DNA of 64,000 nt from a virus, in IMG/VR virus record IMGVR_UViG_3300028859_000013, positions 32,001 to 96,000 of that record; one strand, 5' to 3'. The translations under genes and the position numbers were made by a program. This document shows positions 42,512 to 50,487 of this stretch, in pieces. Position 1 is the stretch's first letter; every line of letters starts with the position of its first letter. Below the pieces are notes generated by a model that ran no database searches, was not told the DNA's origin, and saw only the letters and a list, made by a program, of their open reading frames with translations.

Positions 42512-42584
42512 ATGGATGTAGTTCAGTAGGTAGAATGCTTGGTTTGGGACCAAGTGGTCGGGATTTCGAGCATCCCCATCCATA
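42512..42584 (+). tRNA. tRNA-Pro(TGG)
   Basis: ATGGATG/CATCCAT acceptor; CTTGG-TTTGGGA-CCAAG. Confidence 0.85.
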
Positions 42585-42595
42585 CATATAATAAT

Positions 42596-42672
42596 AGTCC
42601 TGTAATGGCATGGTTTTCTAAACCATAAGTGCATAACGGATGTGAATGTGGGTTCGAATCCCATCAGGATTA
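42596..42672 (+). tRNA. Atypical tRNA-Arg(TCT), D-arm absent, long variable region
   Basis: AGTCCTG/CAGGATT; ATGGT-TTTCTAA-ACCAT; GTGGG-TTCGAAT-CCCAT. Confidence 0.7.
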
Positions 42673-42681
42673 CAAAAATAA

Positions 42682-42756
42682 GGGGGCTCATGTTCCAAGG
42701 CTCGGCGATGAATATTTGCAATATTTGTGAGGTGAATCCGATTTTCACAGTCTCCA
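42682..42756 (+). tRNA. tRNA-Ala(TGC)
   Basis: GGGGGCT/AGTCTCC with G3-U70, loop TTTGCAA, A73. Confidence 0.8.
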
Positions 42757-42790
42757 CTATTTTTTGTTGGGTTCAAAATGATTATAATTT

Positions 42791-42865
42791 GCAGATATAG
42801 TATAACGGCTAGTACATAACATTGCCAATGTTAAGATACCTTTTCGAGTAAGGTTATCTGCTCCA
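42791..42865 (+). tRNA. tRNA-Gly(GCC)
   Basis: GCAGATA/TATCTGC; TAACA-TTGCCAA-TGTTA; U73 and encoded CCA. Confidence 0.88.
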
Positions 42866-42961
42866 AGTATTTATGGACATTTTTTATTAATAAGTGAAAA
42901 TAATAGTTCGTTTTTGAGTTTATGCTCATCAATATTTTTATATATACAAATAAAAAGTTGT

Positions 42962-44131
42962 ATGGTAGAATATTGTAAATTTTGTGGTAAAGACATTAAG
43001 GATTTAAAGCCAACACAAAAAGGTCAGCATGTTGCAAATTGTAGCATGAATCCAAATATAAAAATAATTAAGGATAAAAGAGCATTATCAAAAATAGAAA
43101 CACAGAGAGCAAAAAATCCAATATTGAAAATTAAGTTGAGATGCTTAAATTGTAATGAGGAATTTGAAATTGATGTGATTGAAAGTTATTATAAACGTGG
43201 TAGGTATAAAAAATGTTGTTGCGAAAAATGTGCAAAGCAATATTCAACAAAAAATTATGATGACGATATATTAAAAAAAGATTTTTGTAAAGAATGTGGA
43301 GAAGAATTTTTAGTTAAAAATAGAACAAAAATAGGTATATCAACATGTACAAAATGTAGAAAATTAAAAAGAAATAGAGGCAAAAATATAAAAAATATTA
43401 ATAAAAAACTTGGTGATAAAAATATTATAGAAAAAATATTAGTATGTAAATTTTGTGGTGACGAAAAATGTAAAAAACCAGAAGTGTGTTCAAAATTTAG
43501 ACAAAAAAATAATGTTTATGAAAAATATTTAGGTTTTGATAGTAGTAAAAAAGGAAATAATGATGTGTATACTGAGTTTGATAGAATTATAAATGAATTA
43601 AAATTTGATTATTTTGATAAAGAATTGTCTATTGTTGAAATAAGCAAAAAGTATAATATGAATTATAAATCTATGTATTTAATATTTAAAAAGAATAATA
43701 TTGTTATTAGAACATTTTCTGAAGCTGTAATGAATTCTATTAAAAATGGAAAAATAAATTATAATAATATAGTGCAATATCCATATAAATCTGGAATGTA
43801 TATAACATGGAAAGGTGATAACGTACATTATAGAAGCAATTATGAGAAAGAATATTATTCTATTTTGGATGATAAAAAAGTGAATTATGAAGTTGAAAGT
43901 TTAAGAATACAATATTATGATACACAAAAGAAAAAAATAAGAATTGCAATACCAGATATTTATATTAAAGAAATAAATGAAATTATTGAGATAAAAAGTA
44001 AATGGACTTTGAATGAAATAAATATGAAAGATAAAGTAAAATCATATAAAAAACTAGGATATAATGTTAGATTGATTGTTGGTGAAGGAAATAAGAATTT
44101 TTTTAAAAATACAATTGATATAATATATTAA
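42962..44131 (+). CDS. Putative homing endonuclease (Cys-rich, TnsA-like PD-(D/E)xK) inside the tRNA cluster
   Basis: Multiple CxxC; YRSNYE..YE..PDIY..IEIK; likely start ATG 42962. Confidence 0.72.
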   Translation: MVEYCKFCGKDIKDLKPTQKGQHVANCSMNPNIKIIKDKRALSKIETQRAKNPILKIKLRCLNCNEEFEIDVIESYYKRGRYKKCCCEKCAKQYSTKNYDDDILKKDFCKECGEEFLVKNRTKIGISTCTKCRKLKRNRGKNIKNINKKLGDKNIIEKILVCKFCGDEKCKKPEVCSKFRQKNNVYEKYLGFDSSKKGNNDVYTEFDRIINELKFDYFDKELSIVEISKKYNMNYKSMYLIFKKNNIVIRTFSEAVMNSIKNGKINYNNIVQYPYKSGMYITWKGDNVHYRSNYEKEYYSILDDKKVNYEVESLRIQYYDTQKKKIRIAIPDIYIKEINEIIEIKSKWTLNEINMKDKVKSYKKLGYNVRLIVGEGNKNFFKNTIDIIY

Positions 44132-44136
44132 AATAT

Positions 44137-44207
44137 GCAAAATGTAGCTTAACGGTAAAGTATCTGATTTCCAATCAGAAGACGGGGCTCAACACCCACA
44201 TTTTGCT
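44137..44207 (+). tRNA. tRNA-Gly(TCC), divergent T-arm
   Basis: GCAAAATG/CATTTTGC; TCTGA-TTTCCAA-TCAGA. Confidence 0.75.
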
Positions 44208-44214
44208 CATAATC

Positions 44215-44287
44215 AGGACTTTAGCTCAGTTGGTAGAGCGCAACTATTACAAAGTTGATGTCATCGGTTCGATTCCGATAAGTCCTA
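44215..44287 (+). tRNA. tRNA-Val(TAC)
   Basis: Canonical cloverleaf; CAACT-ATTACAA-AGTTG. Confidence 0.88.
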
Positions 44288-44298
44288 CGAAAATAATT

Positions 44299-44369
44299 GC
44301 ACTTATCGTATAATGATATTACTTTGGCGTTGTATACCAAAAATTTCGGTTTGATCCCGAATAGGTGCT
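44299..44369 (+). tRNA. tRNA-Thr(TGT)
   Basis: GCACTTA/TAGGTGC, loop GTTGTAT, divergent T-loop. Confidence 0.7.
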
Positions 44370-44413
44370 CAATAAAATAAACTTTTATTTTATTTTTTAA
44401 TATATAAACATAT

Positions 44414-44486
44414 GCCATTATGATGTAATGGATTAGCATTAAAACCTTCTAAGTTTTTCGTCAGCGTTCGAATCGCTGTAATGGTA
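44414..44486 (+). tRNA. tRNA-Arg(TCT), canonical
   Basis: GCCATTA/TAATGGT; D-loop AATGGATT; AAAAC-CTTCTAA-GTTTT. Confidence 0.88.
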
Positions 44487-44493
44487 CAAAAAT

Positions 44494-44523
44494 AAAAATC
44501 AATCATTATTATGATTGATTTTT
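44494..44523 (+). terminator. Terminator closing the tRNA cluster
   Basis: AAAAATCAATCAT / ATGATTGATTTTT. Confidence 0.75.
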
Positions 44524-44642
44524 ATTTTTAATTAAATAATTTTTACAAATTGAATTTATTTCCGTTATATAAAAGTTCTAATTTTTCAGGTAATTTATAT
44601 ATTTTCACATTATATTATATATTAATTTTTATATATAGATTT

Positions 44643-45347
44643 ATGGAATATATTAAGAATTATAATAATTACAATGATGATATAATTTTAGAAAAATTAA
44701 ATCTTAAATCTCTTTTAGATACATTTAAATCGTTGAATAGTAAAAAAGTAGCTACTTTTATAGTAGGTGGACTTTTGACTATGATGACTGTTACACAAAC
44801 AATAAATTATATAAACAATTTAAATTTAAATGCTAATCAGAAAATAACATTAATACATACTGTTGATAAATTTAAAGATCCATTAAGTTTTGGAGTTAGT
44901 AATTTTATATATGAGCATATCAAAAACCACGAAAAATTAAAATTAAAGGCATATAGATTAAAAGATAATAAAATAACTATAGGATTTGGTCATGCTGAAA
45001 ATATTGGAGAATCTAAATTTAAAATTGGAGATCAAATAACTAAAGAACAAGCAGATCAATTATTTGAACAAGATTTACAATTTGCATATGATGGAGTTAG
45101 ACGTATATTTAAAGAATGGAATAAAAAAGGAATCAATATAAAATTAACACAAAATCAGTTTGATGTTTTAGTGTCATTAGCATTTAATATGGGAATTGAT
45201 AATTTAAGAACTTCAGATTTTATTCAAGCATTAAAACGTAAAGATATTAAGAATGCATCAGAATTGATAAAAATTACTGGATTACGTGATGGATTTGCTG
45301 GATTAGTTGATAGAAGAGAAGAAGAATATAATATATTTATATCATAA
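44643..45347 (+). CDS. GH24 phage lysozyme with N-terminal extension
   Basis: HE..L.AY....TIGFGH, LTQNQFD.LVSLAFNMG and GLVDRREEE; start ATG 44643. Confidence 0.85.
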   Translation: MEYIKNYNNYNDDIILEKLNLKSLLDTFKSLNSKKVATFIVGGLLTMMTVTQTINYINNLNLNANQKITLIHTVDKFKDPLSFGVSNFIYEHIKNHEKLKLKAYRLKDNKITIGFGHAENIGESKFKIGDQITKEQADQLFEQDLQFAYDGVRRIFKEWNKKGINIKLTQNQFDVLVSLAFNMGIDNLRTSDFIQALKRKDIKNASELIKITGLRDGFAGLVDRREEEYNIFIS

Positions 45348-45376
45348 AAAAGAGATTCAAATGAATCTCTTTTTAT

Positions 45377-45685
45377 TTATTTTAATCCTTTAAGATTATC
45401 AATTTGTTCAGTTAGCCATTTCATATCAAAATTTTGATATACATTTTTTTTAACATACTCTAATGCTGATATTCTTTCATTAAGTATATTATTTTCTATT
45501 AGACCTTTAATTTTTTCAACTAATTCTTCTTTACCATTAATGGTAATATCTTTATCAATTGAATTATCGTTTGTAATTTTAATAGAAATTGATTCATCTA
45601 TTAAATCATAAATCTGATTTCTCAAAGTATCTTTGGCTTCATACTTTTTTTCAATTACGTCTTCTATTTTACTAAATTTTATCAT
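45377..45685 (-). CDS. Hypothetical protein
   Basis: ORF. Confidence 0.5.
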   Translation of the reverse strand: MIKFSKIEDVIEKKYEAKDTLRNQIYDLIDESISIKITNDNSIDKDITINGKEELVEKIKGLIENNILNERISALEYVKKNVYQNFDMKWLTEQIDNLKGLK

Positions 45686-45848
45686 ATTTATTTATTTATT
45701 TTTTCAGATAAGTATTTTCCACCTTTTTTAAAGTATCTTCATGACTATATATCTTTGTTAAATCCAATCCAATTTCTCTAATTTTTTTTCTTTTTCTATA
45801 AGCTATTTTTTAAACTCTTTCAAATGTTTCATTTTTATATATTTATTT

Positions 45849-46115
45849 TCATTTGTAAGTATATCCTGATCTATTTGCCCAAATAAGTCCAGTAATTTGC
45901 ATATATGTTACTCCATTTGCCATAATAGCTGGATATGTATTTACCATAGTTGTACCTGTTATATATGGATATTCGTATTTCAATACTGTACCATCAATTG
46001 ATGCTCTTTTAATTGACCATATTGAGTCTGTATCTTGAGTGCCTGGTGTCGCATATCCATAATATGTTGTTCCACTTTCATCAGAAGGATCAACTCTTAA
46101 AAGTTCCATTCCCAT
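45849..46115 (-). CDS. Small hypothetical protein (possible virion component)
   Basis: TYYGYATPG..WSIKR..W.NR..Y.Y pattern; TATATA upstream. Confidence 0.5.
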   Translation of the reverse strand: MGMELLRVDPSDESGTTYYGYATPGTQDTDSIWSIKRASIDGTVLKYEYPYITGTTMVNTYPAIMANGVTYMQITGLIWANRSGYTYK

Positions 46116-46201
46116 AATTTATATTTTTCTTTTATATATAAAAAAAATCATTTCATATTTATGTATATATAAAAAAAACTTATAATTAAATTATAAGTTT
46201 T

Positions 46202-46566
46202 TGGTGGAGATGTCGGCATACAATAGCCGAGTCCAATATTGCCTTTCAGCATTTTCTACAAGTTTAGTTCATTTTTTCTAAAATAAACAAAAATACATAA
46301 TTTTTAAATGATAATTATTAAATTCATCAAACATTTTTACACCTTAAAATAGTTTGCTAACAAGGTTTCTGATTTTAGACCGATTAGGCTACTAAAACTT
46401 CATTACCAACAACAGCTTCAGAAACTGCGAAAGTTGTATTAGAAGTTAAAATATGCGTATGTGCTTTGCCATTTAAATTTTACCCATTAATTTATTAATC
46501 GCTGATAGATAATGCGATACTTGCTGATAACCTTATTCTACATTACTGTCAAAATCGTTCATCCCC
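46202..46566 (-). ncRNA. ssrA: tmRNA
   Basis: 5' GGGGATG..TTGACAG; 3' CATCTCC-ACCA with G3-U; internal tag ORF 46470-46384 ending LVA*. Confidence 0.88.
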
Positions 46567-46586
46567 TTTTGAACTGTATATAGTAA

Positions 46587-46859
46587 TTAAAAAATATAAA
46601 GTTTTTCTATTTTTTCTAATTTTAATTTTCTGACTTCATTTTTATATAATAATTTTTCATCATATGTTTCACTATCTGAAAAATTTTTAATTATACTATT
46701 TATATAATCTTTATTATTCTCATATCTTGGTAGAACATCAATTGAATCATCGTTATTTTTTCTAAAAAAAATATCACCTTTATTCAAATCTATAATTTCA
46801 ATAGCATATAATGATATTGTATTATTTATTTTTTGCACACTAAATTTTTCAGTTATCAT
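46587..46859 (-). CDS. Hypothetical protein with RKLKLEKI motif
   Basis: ORF. Confidence 0.5.
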   Translation of the reverse strand: MITEKFSVQKINNTISLYAIEIIDLNKGDIFFRKNNDDSIDVLPRYENNKDYINSIIKNFSDSETYDEKLLYKNEVRKLKLEKIEKLYIF

Positions 46860-46860
46860 A

Positions 46861-47232
46861 TTATTCGTTTAATTTTGAACTTATATCATTTTTAATTTCT
46901 TCTGCAGTTATATTTGGATATTTTTCTTTAATAGATAAATATAATCTATCTCTATCATCTTTTAGTTTTTCTATTTTATCATAGAATGGTTGAATTATAT
47001 TTTGAATAGATTTAATTTCTCTTTCTAAATATATTAATTTTTCATTTAAATCCATTGTTTTTCTAATATCATTCGCATCGGATTGAACAATAGTTTTCAT
47101 TTCATCTTGAATTTTCTGAAATGCTTCTTTTTTTTTCATTATTATAGGTTCTTGATCTACAATTTCTTTTAAGTTTTGAAGATAATATTTCCTAATTCTT
47201 ACTGCTTCATTAATATATTGATCATTAATCAT
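46861..47232 (-). CDS. Coiled-coil hypothetical protein
   Basis: ORF in operon. Confidence 0.55.
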   Translation of the reverse strand: MINDQYINEAVRIRKYYLQNLKEIVDQEPIIMKKKEAFQKIQDEMKTIVQSDANDIRKTMDLNEKLIYLEREIKSIQNIIQPFYDKIEKLKDDRDRLYLSIKEKYPNITAEEIKNDISSKLNE

Positions 47233-47629
47233 TTTCTATATTTCTTTTTTCAATTAAATATGCAACATATTCTTCGTCTGACATTGTGTTTGTTGACTTA
47301 TTTTCATCATTCTTAACAGTATCAGGAATTAATTCATTTTCAGTTTCATATTTCATTTTATACCATTCATCAATATCGAAATCTACATCTTCGATTCTAT
47401 CGTTTAATCCGTATTCATTATATTTTGAAATTAAATATCCAACATCAACAGTTTTACCTATTGTACCAGAGAAATAATCAATTAAAAAACTTGAAATAGT
47501 AGAAAAATCTTCCAATTCTATAGCTCTATCTATATAATAATCAGAAAGATATCCTGCCATTTTGATAATCTTCATTTCATATTCTTTTAATTTCCTAACT
47601 GAATCTAATTTTTTATTAATTTTACTCAT
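47225..47629 (-). CDS. Hypothetical protein
   Basis: ORF in operon. Confidence 0.55.
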   Translation of the reverse strand: MSKINKKLDSVRKLKEYEMKIIKMAGYLSDYYIDRAIELEDFSTISSFLIDYFSGTIGKTVDVGYLISKYNEYGLNDRIEDVDFDIDEWYKMKYETENELIPDTVKNDENKSTNTMSDEEYVAYLIEKRNIEND

Positions 47630-47638
47630 TTGTGTTAT

Positions 47639-48394
47639 TTATTTTTTAAGTTCGTTATCAATAATTGTTTTAAGTTGATTATATATCTCATTTTTTAATT
47701 TAGTTGGATCTTTTATTATTTTTTCTGATATTAATGTTGCGTAATATTCAACAGCATCAGCTTCTACATTTTCTTGAATCATTCCAATAAAATTAGGATT
47801 AGGAATCATTTCTTCTATAGGAATACTCATTTTTATTGAATAATTACTTTTAAACATATTAAACATCATTTTAATAGGATCAACTTTTGGTTCTTCTTTT
47901 TTTATTTCTATTGGTTTATCGCCATTTAAAAATTTTTCATCATCAATTTCATCCCAATTTTTTTCTTGTACACTTGGTATATCTGCACCTGGCATATTTT
48001 GTCTCCATTCATCTAGCATTGCTTTCTTTTGTTGCGGAGTTAAATTTACTGAGCCTTCAACCTGTTTTTGTTTTACTTGAGATTGAGACATAGAATTATC
48101 AGATAATACAACAGGTTCTTCAATGAATTTTACTTTAGCTCCAGATGTTGGATTGTCTGTTATTTTACTAGTATCTAAATTTTTTAGTTGTTGAGCCATA
48201 TTCATTAATGGATCACTAGACGGAGCTTGAAAAAAAGAGTCAGGATTTATAGATTCTTCTATCATATCATATTTTTTGGCTAATACATCTTTTTTGATAC
48301 TTACATTATCACTTAATACATAGAAATTAGTATCCTCTTTTACAATACTAACTCTTTCTCCTGTTTGTTTATTTATAAAAACACTATTCGGCAT
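47639..48394 (-). CDS. Hypothetical protein
   Basis: ORF in operon. Confidence 0.6.
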   Translation of the reverse strand: MPNSVFINKQTGERVSIVKEDTNFYVLSDNVSIKKDVLAKKYDMIEESINPDSFFQAPSSDPLMNMAQQLKNLDTSKITDNPTSGAKVKFIEEPVVLSDNSMSQSQVKQKQVEGSVNLTPQQKKAMLDEWRQNMPGADIPSVQEKNWDEIDDEKFLNGDKPIEIKKEEPKVDPIKMMFNMFKSNYSIKMSIPIEEMIPNPNFIGMIQENVEADAVEYYATLISEKIIKDPTKLKNEIYNQLKTIIDNELKK

Positions 48395-48462
48395 AATTTT
48401 AATTTATTTTTATTATATATATTGAAATATAGTATCTATAAAAAAAAAGTTTTAAATAATAG

Positions 48463-48738
48463 ATGAAATATATAAAAACATTTGAAGAAAAATTATATCA
48501 ACCTGGTAAAAAATTGTTATGTATTAATAATAACGTTGGTGAATTAGAAGATAAATATGATTTTACTATTGGTAAATTTTATAATATACATGAATATGAA
48601 TCTTGGTGGATATCATTTATAGATGATAAAGGAGTTGCACAATTTTTTAAACCTTCAGATGTTTCTAAAAATTTTTCAACTGCTTAAAGTTTAGAAGAGT
48701 ATGAAATAATAAAAAATACTAATAAATTTAATATATAG
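48463..48738 (+). pseudogene. KFNI-family gene with in-frame TAA at 48685-48687
   Basis: MKYIKTFE...FSTA*SLEEYEIIKNTNKFNI*. Confidence 0.7.
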
Positions 48739-48742
48739 ATTT

Positions 48743-49186
48743 ATGATAACAAAATTTAAAATTTTTGAGGATGTAGATTATGATGAATCTAAATATATTG
48801 GAAAGTTTTGTGCTTTAAAATCAGATGATAATGATATAAAAATGACTATATCTTTATGTACTCGTGTAGATTTTCACGATGATTTTAGTGTGTTTGCTGT
48901 ATTTGATTGTTTTGATATTGATAAAAATGATAATATTAGTGATCCAGTAGGTGATCATGAAAATTTTACTAAAGATGAATTTAAAAAAATTAATTTTATG
49001 ACATCAATTGAATTTTATAATAGTCATAAAGATATTTGTGAGAAATTATATTTTAAAATTAGTGAAGATATTAAAAAAATAGGATTAGAATATTGGAAAC
49101 TCTTAATATTAAGAGATTATAAAAAAGTATTAGATACAATACCTTATTTTAAGTTTTTTGTTGATTCTGATAAATTCAATATATAA
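48743..49186 (+). CDS. MKxxKxFE...KFNI family protein
   Basis: Starts MITKFKIFE, ends DKFNI. Confidence 0.7.
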   Translation: MITKFKIFEDVDYDESKYIGKFCALKSDDNDIKMTISLCTRVDFHDDFSVFAVFDCFDIDKNDNISDPVGDHENFTKDEFKKINFMTSIEFYNSHKDICEKLYFKISEDIKKIGLEYWKLLILRDYKKVLDTIPYFKFFVDSDKFNI

Positions 49187-49223
49187 TTTTTATATATACA
49201 TAAATAGAAAAAATATTTAACCT

Positions 49224-49844
49224 ATGATAAGTAAAGAACTTCGTTATTCGGAATTAAAATTTAATGGTAAAATTTTCACTGAACAGTGGAAAATTGATGA
49301 GATTTTAATTGATAATAAATTCAATTGGATGGTTAATGCAGAAATAAAAAATGCTAGACTTGAAATTTTTCAAGATACATTAGTTTGGAATGCTGGTATT
49401 TGGTATAATGGTGATTGGTATTTTGGAGTTTGGAGAGATGGTGAGTGGAGATATGGTAATTGGCAAAATGGAGTATGGTATAATGGAGTATGGAGAAATG
49501 GAATTTTTAAATCAGGAATTATATACAAAGGAAATTTTTTTAAAGGAAAAATAGAAGGAGGAGAAATACGTGGTGGTAATTTCATAGATGTTGAAATATC
49601 TCCAAATGTAGTTGAATATACTGGTGATGAATATCAAGTAAAAAAACAAGAAGAACAAGAAAATAAACAAGTTGCAACAGCGCAAGCACAACCTATAACA
49701 CAATCTCAGCCTAATGTAACAGATAAAGTTAAAGTTCATAGTTCACAAGCAGAAGTTACACAACCTATTCAACCAAAAAAAGAAAGTATAAAATATAAAA
49801 TATCAAGAGTGAAAAATTTTGAATCATTCTCAAAAAATAATTAA
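49224..49844 (+). CDS. WxxGx pentapeptide-repeat protein
   Basis: About 12 tandem (W/F/I)xxGx units. Confidence 0.65.
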   Translation: MISKELRYSELKFNGKIFTEQWKIDEILIDNKFNWMVNAEIKNARLEIFQDTLVWNAGIWYNGDWYFGVWRDGEWRYGNWQNGVWYNGVWRNGIFKSGIIYKGNFFKGKIEGGEIRGGNFIDVEISPNVVEYTGDEYQVKKQEEQENKQVATAQAQPITQSQPNVTDKVKVHSSQAEVTQPIQPKKESIKYKISRVKNFESFSKNN

Positions 49845-49849
49845 ATAAA

Positions 49850-50167
49850 ATGAATAAAACAACTTTAAATTTTGATGATTTCATAACTGAAAAACATCAT
49901 GACAAAGAAGATAAAATTGATACCATTACAATGGATGTTCCATTATTTATTCGTATGCTTGAATTTGCAAAAGAAGATGCTAAAACTGATATGGATTTAC
50001 ATAAAGCAACAGAAATCGCGCTTAAAATTTCAAAAAAAGAAGGTAAATTATCTATGGATAATTATTATAAAATCGTAAGTGAATGCGGTCAAGAAGAAGG
50101 TAAAGAAGATGATAAGAAAGATGATAAAAAAGACAAAGACGATAAAGACGATAAAAAAGATAAATGA
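49850..50167 (+). CDS. Hypothetical protein with capsid-targeting-like N-terminus
   Basis: LNFDDFITE; D/K-rich tail. Confidence 0.55.
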   Translation: MNKTTLNFDDFITEKHHDKEDKIDTITMDVPLFIRMLEFAKEDAKTDMDLHKATEIALKISKKEGKLSMDNYYKIVSECGQEEGKEDDKKDDKKDKDDKDDKKDK

Positions 50168-50475
50168 AAATGAAAAAAACTTTAAAATTTGATGCTTTTT
50201 TAAATGAAACATTATCAACTATTCCAGGTTCAAAAAACTCATCATCAGATAAACAGATTCTAAGAGCAGCAATTTTAGCGGAGCTAGATACTATCAACTT
50301 ATATGAGCAAATGGCTGACGAAGCTAACGATAGAAAAATTAAAGATACGTTACTAGATGTGTCTAGAGAGGAGAAGGTTCATATCGGTGAATTTCAAACC
50401 TTACTAAAAGAAATTGATGAAGAATATGCTGAGGAATTGAAAAATGGTAAAAAAGAAGTAAAAAACAAAGAATAA
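50164..50475 (+). CDS. Short ferritin-like (rubrerythrin/encapsulated-ferritin type) protein
   Basis: AILAELDTINLYEQMA...EEKVHIGEF diiron motif. Confidence 0.85.
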   Translation: MKMKKTLKFDAFLNETLSTIPGSKNSSSDKQILRAAILAELDTINLYEQMADEANDRKIKDTLLDVSREEKVHIGEFQTLLKEIDEEYAEELKNGKKEVKNKE

Positions 50476-50487
50476 AATATAAATAAA

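Noticed and set aside
42682-42756. tRNA-Cys(GCA)
   Set aside because: The 7-nt loop TTTGCAA centres on TGC, and G3-U70 with A73 indicates Ala.
42405-44439. Minus-strand ORFs 42405..42611, 42506..42757 and 44221..44439
   Set aside because: They are antisense shadows of tRNA genes.
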